A stretch of DNA of 64,000 nt from a virus (IMGVR_UViG_3300032030_000035:37610-101609), one strand, 5' to 3'; positions 50,337 to 60,425 are shown, counted from the stretch's first letter. The notes: generated from the sequence alone by a model not told the origin. Numbers and translations are program-made.

Positions 50337-50546
50337 ATGGCACAGAGAACAGATATGACAGTTGAGGATATGGTTAACTACGAGTGGATAGTGGAAAGTG
50401 GAATCTGTAAAGCCCCTATTCTTAATGCAATAGCAGTTGCTATGAAGAATAGCCCGTGGGCAAAGGTATTCGACGCCGTAATTTTTTACTATAAAGGTTT
50501 TAAAACCTTTGACGAGTATTATATGTATGTTATGGAAAATGAATGA
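50337..50546 (+). CDS. Hypothetical protein
   Basis: GAGGT RBS before MAQRT. Confidence 0.65.
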   Translation: MAQRTDMTVEDMVNYEWIVESGICKAPILNAIAVAMKNSPWAKVFDAVIFYYKGFKTFDEYYMYVMENE

Positions 50547-50556
50547 GGTGGTAACT

Positions 50557-50736
50557 ATGAAAGAGATTAAGTTTGATATCCGTAAAACAATGACCAAAAA
50601 GGCATTTAAGGAAATGCAGAAAAATAGCCGTAATCTTAATGGATTCAATACCGGTACAAGAGATATGAAATCTGCAAAAAGTCCGTCAAGGTCTGCCCGC
50701 AAATCTGAAATGAGAAAAATAGCAAAAGAGTATTGA
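50557..50736 (+). CDS. Small basic protein
   Basis: GAGGTGG RBS before MKEIK. Confidence 0.65.
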   Translation: MKEIKFDIRKTMTKKAFKEMQKNSRNLNGFNTGTRDMKSAKSPSRSARKSEMRKIAKEY

Positions 50737-50794
50737 CAAAAACTGCGGCAAGGTGTATAATATAACTACAGTTAAGGAAAGGTAGGTAATAGTA

Positions 50795-51145
50795 ATGGAA
50801 AAACAAGTTATTATTTGTTGCCCCACTTATGAAAATATGACTAAACAAGATTTGAAAGAAATTAATAATTTACTTAATTTCAAAGAAAGATATAAAAAAT
50901 ATTTAGCAGAGAAAGGTAGGTATAATAATATGAGTGATGTAGTAATTATGAGAGAAGAGATTTTAAGGGATATGAATAACTCAATACTTGCAACAGGAGA
51001 TGAAGATATCTTTGATGTATGGTTTTCAGTAGGTATCCCCGATATGTGTGACGATGAAACATACACCGAAATAGCCGAGGATGAAGAGGAATATAACAGA
51101 ATTAAAAAAGTTTTCAATGACCTTATGAGAGAAAGTGAGGGATAA
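50795..51145 (+). CDS. Hypothetical protein with in-frame internal start at 50930 (paralogue of 62240)
   Basis: Two GAAAGGTAGG RBSs; GDED...W...GIPD.C motif. Confidence 0.65.
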   Translation: MEKQVIICCPTYENMTKQDLKEINNLLNFKERYKKYLAEKGRYNNMSDVVIMREEILRDMNNSILATGDEDIFDVWFSVGIPDMCDDETYTEIAEDEEEYNRIKKVFNDLMRESEG

Positions 51146-51147
51146 AG

Positions 51148-51354
51148 ATGATAGAAGTAATTGTTGACCTTGACAGTATAGAATGGTATCTATTGGCAGG
51201 ATATTGTTGCGGTAAAGGAATTCTATGGAATCTACTTTTCGGTTGGAGAAAAACAGATTTTCACTACAATGTTGCATATTATAAAATTTCTGTTAAAGAT
51301 TGGAAAGAAATAAAAGAAATTGCAGGAACTATAAAAATGAAAAACAAGGAGTAA
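51148..51354 (+). CDS. Hypothetical protein
   Basis: Operonic spacing. Confidence 0.55.
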   Translation: MIEVIVDLDSIEWYLLAGYCCGKGILWNLLFGWRKTDFHYNVAYYKISVKDWKEIKEIAGTIKMKNKE

Positions 51355-51358
51355 AAAT

Positions 51359-51619
51359 ATGACAAAAGAAAAAGCAATAGAATATGGAAATTTTTGGCTT
51401 AAAATGAATGACGATTCTAAAAATAGTATTACATATAAATTTTTTCAAATGGCAATCAAGTCATTAAAGCAGTGGGATATCCTTGACAAAATAAGAGCTG
51501 AAATATCATACAAGCAGGAAATTGAGTTAAAGGGTGAAGATACCTCTGAATGGAATGAATGTATTAAAGAGGTGCTTGAGGTAATTGATAAATACATTGC
51601 GGAAAGAGAGGCGATATAA
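51359..51619 (+). CDS. Hypothetical protein
   Basis: AAGGAG RBS; LDKIRAEI..EVIDKY pattern. Confidence 0.65.
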   Translation: MTKEKAIEYGNFWLKMNDDSKNSITYKFFQMAIKSLKQWDILDKIRAEISYKQEIELKGEDTSEWNECIKEVLEVIDKYIAEREAI

Positions 51620-51871
51620 ATGGAATGTTTTACAGTAATAGGACTTACACTTTGTTTAATTCTTGTGGTTGCAATTATACACACACTAATATCATTTGGC
51701 TTTGCGAAAAACGGACAGGAAGATCCACTAAAGGCATCTTATGTAGTTATAGTTTTACTCCTTTTGATAATAAGTATATTTATAGTAGAAAAGTATCAAG
51801 AGGTAATGTCTGAAAGCGATTATTCTTGTAATTATATTACAGATACTATTGACAAGGCGGAAGGGGTATAG
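51620..51871 (+). CDS. Two-TM membrane protein
   Basis: Two hydrophobic helices; GAGG RBS. Confidence 0.6.
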   Translation: MECFTVIGLTLCLILVVAIIHTLISFGFAKNGQEDPLKASYVVIVLLLLIISIFIVEKYQEVMSESDYSCNYITDTIDKAEGV

Positions 51872-52090
51872 GAAACCTCTTCCCGCAAGGTAAGGTCACC
51901 AGCTCGTGGCCTGCCGCCGCGAGCTGAATTTACCATTATGCCATACTCCATATAATTTTGTCAAGGGGTAATTTTATACAAAAAATTTTTTATAACTTTC
52001 CCGATATTTGTGCAACATTTTCGTTGACTTTTTACTATTGTGGGGTTATAATATATTTACAAGTTAAGAAAAGAAAGTGAGGTAATTATT

Positions 52091-52468
52091 ATGACAAAAC
52101 TTGAAAGAGCAAAAATGGTTGTAAAGGATAATTATAATAATGCAAGGTGTGGTATCTTTGATACTCGTAATACTATCGCAGACCCTATGGAAACTTTATA
52201 TACGGATTCAGAGGTTGTCATTGATATCTGCCGCCCGTATGAGTATTTTGAGGTTTTTGGGCTGTCTGAGGAAGAGTTTTCTGAACTCGAGAAATTCTAT
52301 AATAATCTGCGCCCTACAGATAAATCATTGGATGATATTATAGAGGATAAATTAAGAGAGGTAGAAGAGTCTATTGAAATTCGCAGTATTGATAAACCCT
52401 ATACTATGGAAGAGAAATATAATCTCTGCACCAAGGTAAAGAGAATTCTCGATGTAATTATGGAATAA
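52091..52468 (+). CDS. Hypothetical protein
   Basis: Promoter and RBS. Confidence 0.7.
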   Translation: MTKLERAKMVVKDNYNNARCGIFDTRNTIADPMETLYTDSEVVIDICRPYEYFEVFGLSEEEFSELEKFYNNLRPTDKSLDDIIEDKLREVEESIEIRSIDKPYTMEEKYNLCTKVKRILDVIME

Positions 52469-52779
52469 ATTTATAAAACGGCTCGGCATTTTTACTCGCC
52501 GAGCCGTGCGCATTTCACACGGCTCGTATTTTTGTCAAGATGGCAATTTGTATAAAAATAAAACTGATATTTTGTGCAATATTCCCTATTGCAATTATCC
52601 CATAATGTGTTATACTATAATTACAGAAAGGGAAAGAAATGCAAGTGGATAACCTTTCAAAGAGAAAAATGGCACTGATAATCATAAAAGTAGGGGTTGT
52701 TAAGACTTTAGCAATTTTGAAAAAAGATTATTACCCATTGGAAACTTGCCCGACAATTTTGAAAGAGAGGAAATAAAAA

Positions 52780-52977
52780 ATGAACGACGGAAACAAATAT
52801 ATCAGACCACTTACAATTAATGTACCTCCTGATGTAGAGTATTTTCTTAAGGAGTGTGACGATGATGGATTAGATTTATACAGGATCGTTGATGCAATAT
52901 GTGATGGCCGAATTGAAATAAGTATGGGTGAAATCAATGCCGTTATCGTTTATGAGTCAGTAACACATCTTGATTAA
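52780..52977 (+). CDS. Small acidic protein
   Basis: GAGG RBS; similar to the next ORF. Confidence 0.65.
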   Translation: MNDGNKYIRPLTINVPPDVEYFLKECDDDGLDLYRIVDAICDGRIEISMGEINAVIVYESVTHLD

Positions 52978-52995
52978 AGAAAGGAAATAAGAAAA

Positions 52996-53169
52996 ATGGA
53001 ATTTATTAAGCCTACAGTTATTACAGTACCTAAGAATTTTGCAGAATTTCTCAATAACCTCGATGATTTTGCCAGTAATACAGGAGAAGAATTATGGATG
53101 TTAGTGGATTGTATCGAGGAAAAGAAAACCGATTATGGTCCGTATCTTAAATTTGAATATGAGGAGTAA
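52996..53169 (+). CDS. 57-aa acidic protein (not in track)
   Basis: MEFIKPTVITVPKNFAEFL...; AAGGA RBS; terminator follows. Confidence 0.65.
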   Translation: MEFIKPTVITVPKNFAEFLNNLDDFASNTGEELWMLVDCIEEKKTDYGPYLKFEYEE

Positions 53170-53396
53170 TTAAAAGAGGGTTTAACCCTCTTTTTTTTGT
53201 TCGGCGGCTCGCTTGCATTCGAAGCGAGCCGCAATTTCTATTATGCCACCAGTCACATATTTTGTCAATGGTAAATTTCAACAAAAATAATGCAAGAAAA
53301 ATCCTAAAATTTATATAACTTTTTTCACCATACCTCTTGCAATTTTCAACGTATATGGTATAATTTAATTACAATAAAAGAAAGGAAATAAAAAGT

Positions 53397-53861
53397 ATGG
53401 CAGATAAAATGTTGGTATTTGATATGGATGGCACTATCGCAGACCTTTACGGCGTAGATAATTGGTTAACAGATTTAAGGTCTTACAATCCTCGCCCTTA
53501 TGAAAATGCAAAGCCTATGTACAATATGGATAAACTTAATGAGGTATTAAACACTCTAAAGGGTATGGGTTGGAAAGTAGTTGTAACCTCTTGGTTGGCA
53601 AAACAGAGCCATCCTACCTATGATAATGCCGTAAGAAAAGCGAAACTTGATTGGCTTGAAAAATACAAGTTTCCTTATGACGAGATACACCTTGTAAAAT
53701 ATGGTACAACAAAAGCAAACTGCACTCGTCATCATGGCGGTTACCAGGTTTTGATTGATGACAACGAGAAAGTAAGAAATGGATGGCGGTTAGGTCATAC
53801 CATAGATGCAAACAAAGATATTCTTGAAGATTTAAGGGCTCTCATGGGGGCTACTGCTTAA
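53397..53861 (+). CDS. HAD-superfamily 5'(3')-nucleotidase-like hydrolase
   Basis: VFDMDGTIAD motif I, VVTS, K..WL, LIDDN motif IV. Confidence 0.8.
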   Translation: MADKMLVFDMDGTIADLYGVDNWLTDLRSYNPRPYENAKPMYNMDKLNEVLNTLKGMGWKVVVTSWLAKQSHPTYDNAVRKAKLDWLEKYKFPYDEIHLVKYGTTKANCTRHHGGYQVLIDDNEKVRNGWRLGHTIDANKDILEDLRALMGATA

Positions 53862-54062
53862 AAGAGGAGTTTAAACACTCCTCTTTTTTCTTTGGTCAGG
53901 TCGTGGTTTGCCGCCACGACCTGCATTTTTGTCAAGTAGTAATATTCGATAAATTTTATAACTGAATTTTAGTGATATTTACTACTTGCGTTTATCCCAT
54001 AATTTGCTATAATTATACTTGTAAGGAACAAGGAAATAACAAAGGAAAGGTTGGTAAAAGAA

Positions 54063-55325
54063 ATGGCACTTACAAAGAATGAGAAATTTAAACTTGATAA
54101 TTTTATATGTAGGCATATCAATGATTATCTGGCAACAAAAAATGTCCCTATCTCAACTATTCATTCCGATATGGATAATGATGATGTTGTATTTTCTGCA
54201 CCTTTAAAATTAGTAAGCCTTCAGGCAAGTGGTAAAAGAGTAAATGAAAATCTTATTATAAAAAGAGATGGTGACATTTTAATCTTTACAACAGACAAGA
54301 CTTTAAAATTCAATGGTAGTTATTATGAATGGGGTAAGGTTGTCAAAGAAAAAAATATTTTTCATCTCACAGGTTATACGGGATTGCAGTATGACGTTAT
54401 CACAAAAGAATTTAATATTGATATAAATAACTGTAAAGACTATTCTCGTCATTATGGTGGTTTTGAAAATATCGTTAACAACTATGAATGGATTTTTAAC
54501 TATCAGAATGATTTTTCTGAAATAAGAAACATAGTTGAAATGTGTAGAGGTTTTGGATGCAATACAATGCCTAAAGGGTTGGCTACAGAATTAAATGGTT
54601 GCACTTTAACTGCCGATTTTCTTAAAAAGTACCTTTTAAGAAATTGTAGTGGCAAATATTATAACATAAGTGAAAATTTATGGCATTACCTTGGCTTAAG
54701 TTCACTCAAAATTATATCGTGGGTAAATGAAAATATACCTTTTGAAAGTTTTATGAAAATGATTAAAAACGAAATAGTTTCAGAAACTTATCGTGATAAT
54801 ATGGTTATCAATGGTGACATAAATAGATTCTTTGAATGTGTTGGAGATATGCTTAGAAAATGGGATGATAAAGAGCCGTTTAAATTCAATTTTGAAAGAA
54901 GCATTACCTATAACTGTGACGCAATGAATGATTATACAGATAAAGAAAAGAATAAAAAACTTGCTGCTAAATTACAGGCATTTAACTTTATCAATAATTT
55001 AAAAATCAATGATGATAAGTACATTGTAGTAGTACCACAAACACAAGGTGATAAACGTGAAGAGGGTAGACAACAGAATAATTGTGTTGGCTCTTATTAT
55101 GACGATTATATTTTATCGGGTAAAGGTACTGTTTATTTCATAAGAAAGACAAATAATAAGAATCACTCTTTTATTACTTGCCGTTTTGATTATAAATCAA
55201 ATAGGACTGTTGAAGCAAGATATGTAAATAATAATTCTATCGAGAATGAAGATTACGTAATTATAGATAACCTCGATAAAATAATCAGAGAAAAACTTAA
55301 TGAAAAAAGAAAGGAAGAAAACTAA
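54063..55325 (+). CDS. PcfJ-like domain protein
   Basis: C-terminal VVP....EG..QNNCVGSY......YFIRK pattern. Confidence 0.65.
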   Translation: MALTKNEKFKLDNFICRHINDYLATKNVPISTIHSDMDNDDVVFSAPLKLVSLQASGKRVNENLIIKRDGDILIFTTDKTLKFNGSYYEWGKVVKEKNIFHLTGYTGLQYDVITKEFNIDINNCKDYSRHYGGFENIVNNYEWIFNYQNDFSEIRNIVEMCRGFGCNTMPKGLATELNGCTLTADFLKKYLLRNCSGKYYNISENLWHYLGLSSLKIISWVNENIPFESFMKMIKNEIVSETYRDNMVINGDINRFFECVGDMLRKWDDKEPFKFNFERSITYNCDAMNDYTDKEKNKKLAAKLQAFNFINNLKINDDKYIVVVPQTQGDKREEGRQQNNCVGSYYDDYILSGKGTVYFIRKTNNKNHSFITCRFDYKSNRTVEARYVNNNSIENEDYVIIDNLDKIIREKLNEKRKEEN

Positions 55326-55326
55326 A

Positions 55327-55668
55327 ATGAAGAAAATCACTAACCACATTTACCTTGATGAACAGAACGGCGCTATCGCCATTGACGCAACAACAGAGGG
55401 AGAAGCAAGAGAAATTGCTTTAAGGTTTCTGCGTGATAACGGCATCCCCAACCTTTACGGGATTTCCGTAGGGGATGAAACGGCACTTGCAAGGCTTGAT
55501 ATTCCAAGAGATATGGAAAATACATTACTCCACCATGATGAAAATGGAGAGCAGATGGAAGAATATACAGCCCCTCTTATGCGTCAGACACTCTCACGGC
55601 TTATCGACATGGGACTTATTAGAGAAGATACCCCTCGTCGAAATAATGATGACGATTATCTGTGGTAA
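55327..55668 (+). CDS. Hypothetical protein
   Basis: AAGGA RBS before MKKIT. Confidence 0.6.
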   Translation: MKKITNHIYLDEQNGAIAIDATTEGEAREIALRFLRDNGIPNLYGISVGDETALARLDIPRDMENTLLHHDENGEQMEEYTAPLMRQTLSRLIDMGLIREDTPRRNNDDDYLW

Positions 55669-55842
55669 AAACATGGCACGACTAAGGCTAAAACCTTTGG
55701 TCGTGCCATTTACTGTCGAAATGGCACGAATTTGCTGTCAAGATGTATTTTTACTAATTTTATTTCTCAATTTTTGGTAACATTTACCTATTGTAATTTT
55801 CCCGATATTTGTTATACTAATATTATCAAAGAGGTAAATAAT

Positions 55843-56190
55843 ATGAAATATGCATTAGATAATAATATCAGCTATATAAACATTGATATTAAAACAGATA
55901 AATGGACTATTACAGAATGGTTTACCAAAACAGGATATATGAATAAAGGCTATGGTACAAAGATTTTTAAAATCGGTTTAAACAATGCCTTAAAGGTTTA
56001 TGGCAAGCCACAAAAGATAGTTTATGTTTGGAATAATGAAAACGAGTATGTTTATAAATGGCTTAAAAAATTTGATGCTAAATGCACTTGCCCGATATCC
56101 GTTTTAAAATATAGTAATGAAGATATATGGGAATCACATCTGTATGAATTAAATGTTAAAAAGGTGCTTGATTTTATTCAAGAAAAATAA
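55843..56190 (+). CDS. GNAT-like acetyltransferase-fold protein
   Basis: YMNKGYGTK resembles acetyl-CoA motif A; N...Y.W.KKF; GAGGT RBS. Confidence 0.45.
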   Translation: MKYALDNNISYINIDIKTDKWTITEWFTKTGYMNKGYGTKIFKIGLNNALKVYGKPQKIVYVWNNENEYVYKWLKKFDAKCTCPISVLKYSNEDIWESHLYELNVKKVLDFIQEK

Positions 56191-56258
56191 AAAATTTTAT
56201 TGACAAATAAAAAATTTTCTGTTATAATAAATACATAAGATAAAGAAAGGAAAAAACA

Positions 56259-56618
56259 ATGGAACTTATCACAATTATAGGTAGCATTTTAATATTCCTT
56301 ATAGTTTTCGGTTTTCTCGGTACACTTATTGCAAGATTGATAGTAGAATCAACCTACATACCTGATATTCCTCTTGTTATTGGAACAGTAGTAGGAGTAA
56401 TAATTTTAACCATTATTTGTACTACAATACTTGTAAGTCAGTGCGAGGGAGTTGAAGAACATTTGCGGAATGGTTGTGAGTGCGGCGGTCAGTATAGTCT
56501 TTACGATGTCGAATACAGTGAAAACCGTGGAGATATTTATTACTATAAGTGTGATAAATGTGGAGATATATTTGAAACCTCTTTTAGCATAAAATTAAAC
56601 GAAGAAAATATAAAATAA
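56259..56618 (+). CDS. Two-TM protein with Zn-ribbon
   Basis: Hydrophobic N-half; CECGG and CDKCG. Confidence 0.7.
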   Translation: MELITIIGSILIFLIVFGFLGTLIARLIVESTYIPDIPLVIGTVVGVIILTIICTTILVSQCEGVEEHLRNGCECGGQYSLYDVEYSENRGDIYYYKCDKCGDIFETSFSIKLNEENIK

Positions 56619-56730
56619 GTGTTGACAAAATAAAAATTTTATGATAAAATAAATACATAAGATAAAAAACTGTGACACATAAAAAATATCGAGGGGTTTT
56701 ACGAACAGTTTCCCCTCAAGAAATAAGTAA

Positions 56731-56802
56731 GTGCCCGTAGCTTAGTGGTAAAGCACCCGACTTTTAATCGGGTTACCGGGAGTTCAAATCTCCTCGGGCA
56801 CA
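56731..56802 (+). tRNA. tRNA-Lys(UUU)
   Basis: GTGCCCG/CGGGCAC acceptor, GCTT/AAGC D-stem, CCCGA-CTTTTAA-TCGGG anticodon arm, GGGAG-TTCAAAT-CTCCT T-arm; CCA not encoded. Confidence 0.92.
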
Positions 56803-57187
56803 TCAGCGGTTTTAGCAATGGGTTTCCGCAAACAAAAAAATCTCACGATAGTTTTTAGGGTGTGACACATTTTTTCTATCGTTATCAAAAAATGTTAGCG
56901 AGATGGTTTTTTCTGATTTTTTCCGATAAAATAAATCAGACCATTATTAGACGGACGCGTCGAAAAAAGCCCTCTGACGAGAGGGCATTTTTTTTTGTCG
57001 GCTCGACATGGGTCGCGTCGAGCCGAATTTCTAATTATATCACCTTCCACAAAATTTGTCAATAGGCAATTCCACCAAAAACGCCTTCCCGCAACTCCCA
57101 AAATTTGTGCAATATTACTACTTGTTTTTCTTATTCTATCTGTTATAATATATATATCAGTTAAGAAAAGAAAGGAAAGTAATAAAA

Positions 57188-57877
57188 ATGGATAAAAGAA
57201 TAAGTTATAAACTTGTAATCGACACTGAAACTTGCCCTCTTGACAGAGAACTTAATGAAGTTAGCCCTTATAATATGTTTACCTATGATGTTGGTTGGGC
57301 TATTGTTGATAAAAGAGGTAATGTATATGACACTAAATCTTATATCAATGCCGATATCTTCCTTGACGAAAAGGAACTTATGAAAAGTGCTTACTATTAT
57401 GAGAAAGTACCTAAATATTGGGAAGATATAAAGTCGGGTAAAAGAACTTTAACCTCATTTTACAAGATTCGAAAGTCATTACTTGATGATATCGAAAAGT
57501 ATAATATCAGTGAGGTTTATGCTCACAATATGCGTTTTGATTATGGCACTTTAAATAACACGCAACGTTGGTTAACTAAATCGGCATACAGATACTTTTT
57601 TCCTAAAGATGTAGTTATCTGTGATACCTTAAAAATGGCAAGACAGTTAATTGCTACAATGCCTACCTATAAACAGTTTTGTATCGAAAATGGTTATATG
57701 ACTAAAAATAATCAAGTACAGTTAAAAGCCGAAACGATTTATAAATTTATCTCAGGTGATGACGATTTTATCGAAAGTCATACAGGTCTTGAGGATGTTT
57801 TAATCGAAAAAGAAATCCTTGCATACTGTTACAGAAAACATAAGAAAATGACAAAAGAATTGTGGGAGAGGGGTTGA
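57188..57877 (+). CDS. DEDDh 3'-5' exonuclease
   Basis: IDTET (ExoI), AHNMRFD (ExoII), HTGLED (ExoIII). Confidence 0.85.
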   Translation: MDKRISYKLVIDTETCPLDRELNEVSPYNMFTYDVGWAIVDKRGNVYDTKSYINADIFLDEKELMKSAYYYEKVPKYWEDIKSGKRTLTSFYKIRKSLLDDIEKYNISEVYAHNMRFDYGTLNNTQRWLTKSAYRYFFPKDVVICDTLKMARQLIATMPTYKQFCIENGYMTKNNQVQLKAETIYKFISGDDDFIESHTGLEDVLIEKEILAYCYRKHKKMTKELWERG

Positions 57878-57926
57878 CAAGCCCCTTTCCGCATGGTATA
57901 ATAAAGAAAAACAAGAAAGGTAGGAA

Positions 57927-58406
57927 ATGCTTATGAAACTTTTAATCACATTTATCGTACTATCAATTATCAACGTAGTTTTCTCTACTGTTCGTTCAAT
58001 TACCACTATCAAGAGTGGAAAGACAGTAGCAAGTTTTATCAGTGGTGGGTACTTTGCATTTTACAATGTAATGTTGATTTACACCGTAGCAGATTTTCCG
58101 ATGTGGGAGAAATGCGTTATCACTTTTGTTTGTAACGTAATTGGTGTGTATGTGGTAAAACTTATTGAAGAAAAAATGCGTAAAGATAAATTGTGGAAAG
58201 TTGAGTTAACAGTTGCAAGATACAATTTTGAAAGTTTTGATACAACTTTAAAAGAACTCCATATCCCTCATAATCATATTGATATTGGTGACGGCTATGC
58301 AATCTTCAATGTTTACTGTGCAACGCAAAAAGAAAGTGCATTAGTAAAGGAACTTGCAACTAAGTATAACGCAAAATTCTTCGTATCTGAAACAAAAACA
58401 CTTTAA
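57927..58406 (+). CDS. Membrane protein (DUF5698/DUF2179-like)
   Basis: Three TM segments (NVVFSTVRSI...NVIGVYV) plus a soluble C-domain. Confidence 0.6.
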   Translation: MLMKLLITFIVLSIINVVFSTVRSITTIKSGKTVASFISGGYFAFYNVMLIYTVADFPMWEKCVITFVCNVIGVYVVKLIEEKMRKDKLWKVELTVARYNFESFDTTLKELHIPHNHIDIGDGYAIFNVYCATQKESALVKELATKYNAKFFVSETKTL

Positions 58407-58467
58407 AATAAGGGGGTTGACAAGTTCAACCCCTTATGATATAATTAAGAAAAAGGAGAATAAAAAT

Positions 58468-58653
58468 ATGACAACAGTAAAAATCATACGTGAAATGGAA
58501 ATACCTAAAACTTGTAGCAAATGTGAATATTTTCGTGAACTTGAGCCAGACTTTCCAAATTGTTGTAAAATTACACATAAAGATATCCATTACAAATCAA
58601 ATACAAGAGATAAGAAATGTCCTTTTACACCAAATGGGACTATTTACATTTAA
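58468..58653 (+). CDS. Small Cys-rich protein
   Basis: PKTCSKC..CC..CPF; AAGGAG RBS. Confidence 0.65.
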   Translation: MTTVKIIREMEIPKTCSKCEYFRELEPDFPNCCKITHKDIHYKSNTRDKKCPFTPNGTIYI

Positions 58654-58822
58654 AAAGAGCCGTTGGAGTATTCCGACGGCTCGTTCGCTACTCAAACGAG
58701 CCGTATTTTCATTTATTGTATAATTTGTATAATTTTAAACTGTAAATTTGGTCATTATTACCACTTGTATTTATCCTATAATATGGTATACTTATATTAT
58801 CAAAGAAAGAGAGTAAACAGTT

Positions 58823-58984
58823 ATGGAAAATAAAAATATTATGGATATCATTGAAGAAAAGATTGGCAAAATGTCTTTAAACAGTACAAGAGATTCTGAC
58901 CTTATAGAAATTGGTATGCGTCTTACCTATAGTTTTGTCCTCGATTATCTAACAGAAGAAGAACTACTAAAAATAAGAAAATAG
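58823..58984 (+). CDS. 53-aa hypothetical protein (not in track)
   Basis: MENKNIMDIIEE...; promoter and leader like its neighbours. Confidence 0.55.
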   Translation: MENKNIMDIIEEKIGKMSLNSTRDSDLIEIGMRLTYSFVLDYLTEEELLKIRK

Positions 58985-59023
58985 TAGTTGACAAACAATA
59001 AAAATTATGTTATAATAAATATA

Positions 59024-59109
59024 TAAGAGGTGGCGGAAAGGCAAACGCCGGATGTGGCTCGTTCTCTGAAAAGAGTGTAGAATTGCAGGTTCGAATCCTG
59101 CCCTCTTAA
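59024..59109 (+). ncRNA. tRNA-like RNA with aberrant anticodon arm
   Basis: TAAGAGG/CCTCTTA acceptor, TGGCGGAAAGGCAAACGC D-arm, GCAGG-TTCGAAT-CCTGC T-arm; own promoter and terminator. Confidence 0.7.
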
Positions 59110-59232
59110 TTCTAAATCAATTCATACTTACCTTCCTTTCAAAAGGCACTGTTCAGGTTAAGACTTGAGCAGTGCTTTTTGCTTGACAAATTTTAAAAAT
59201 TATGTTATAATATTATTAGAAAGTGAGAAAGT

Positions 59233-59406
59233 ATGATTTATAAAGTTGACAATATAAACAAAATCGACTATTATCGGCAAGATAAAGATTCTAAAAAACA
59301 AAAGCAAAAAGATAAACGAGAACAAGAGAAGAAGAAACAGACAAGTTTTGAGGATATCTTTGCGGAAGAACTTGATTCTTTATCTAATTTTGATGTGAAA
59401 ATATAA
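59233..59406 (+). CDS. 57-aa hypothetical protein (not in track)
   Basis: MIYKVDNINKID...; promoter upstream. Confidence 0.5.
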   Translation: MIYKVDNINKIDYYRQDKDSKKQKQKDKREQEKKKQTSFEDIFAEELDSLSNFDVKI

Positions 59407-59579
59407 GCTGCGGCAAGGCACTTTGCTCGACCGCGGCGTCATTTAACGCAACGCCGCGGATTTTTTGTCAAGATGTATTTTCACTAAATTTTAATTTCCA
59501 TTTTTGTATAATACTACCTATTGTTTTTGTCCCGAAATAGTGGTATTATTAGTATATCAAAGAAAGAGAGGTAACAGTT

Positions 59580-59792
59580 ATGGAAAAGAAATTTGAAAAT
59601 AAAGATAGAGTTTTAATGGAAAATGCCTTTTTTACTCAGGATGATATAGGTGTATATGGTTGGTATGGATTAGACTATTTTGAAATAGAAAATAAAAAAG
59701 ATTTTATAAGCCTAAATCGAAATGAATTTTTAACCTTATATAATTTAGTAGTAGAAATGAAAAAAGAAATTGACAGATTAGAGAACTTATAG
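59580..59792 (+). CDS. Hypothetical protein
   Basis: Promoter and RBS. Confidence 0.65.
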   Translation: MEKKFENKDRVLMENAFFTQDDIGVYGWYGLDYFEIENKKDFISLNRNEFLTLYNLVVEMKKEIDRLENL

Positions 59793-59829
59793 TATAATAA
59801 AATTAATCAAAGAAAGAGAGGTAAGGAAA

Positions 59830-59997
59830 ATGACAGATTACGAAAGATTAGTTTTAAGAATGAATATTGTTGGTGGTATTTTTCAAGATATTGGTGTTAA
59901 AAATATTACTGAAAATGACCTTGAAAATATCGCTAAACATTCTGATATATATAAAAGAGTTATTAATGATTATGTAACTTACGGTATTGACGAGTAG
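59830..59997 (+). CDS. 55-aa hypothetical protein (not in track)
   Basis: MTDYERLVLRMNIVGG...; promoter and GAGGT RBS. Confidence 0.6.
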   Translation: MTDYERLVLRMNIVGGIFQDIGVKNITENDLENIAKHSDIYKRVINDYVTYGIDE

Positions 59998-60003
59998 GCG
60001 GAT

Positions 60004-60017
60004 CGAACATATGTTCG
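60004..60017. promoter_or_regulatory. Possible Firmicutes LexA (SOS) box
   Basis: CGAACATATGTTCG matches CGAACRNRYGTTCG; lies ~25 bp upstream of a TTGACA. Confidence 0.4.
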
Positions 60018-60101
60018 AACCGCGTCTCCGCAAAATTTCTGCTTGACAAATACCATTAAAGATGATATACTTATATTATCAAAGAAAGAGAGGTAACAGT
60101 T

Positions 60102-60422
60102 ATGGAATTACAGGTAACAATTATTAACCCCACAGGAAAGTATAAGCCTATGTCTTGTATAGTACCTATTCCTATGAAAGAGGTAGTTGCAAAGAATTAT
60201 GAGCCATACAGAAATAAGGGTGTAATCAAGATTTGTCAGAATAGAAATATGACAAGTAAAGACCTTAAAAAGTATGGCTACACACAAGTTAAAATCCGTA
60301 TCTATGATGCAAAGAAAATTGAAGCAGAAAATAAGGAAAGATACGATGCCATTAAGAGAGAAAAATTTGCAAGTGGCGAATGGAAACCATCAAAGAAAGA
60401 TATTGAGAAAGGACTGGTATAA
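60102..60422 (+). CDS. Basic hypothetical protein
   Basis: Promoter and RBS. Confidence 0.7.
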   Translation: MELQVTIINPTGKYKPMSCIVPIPMKEVVAKNYEPYRNKGVIKICQNRNMTSKDLKKYGYTQVKIRIYDAKKIEAENKERYDAIKREKFASGEWKPSKKDIEKGLV

Positions 60423-60425
60423 AAA

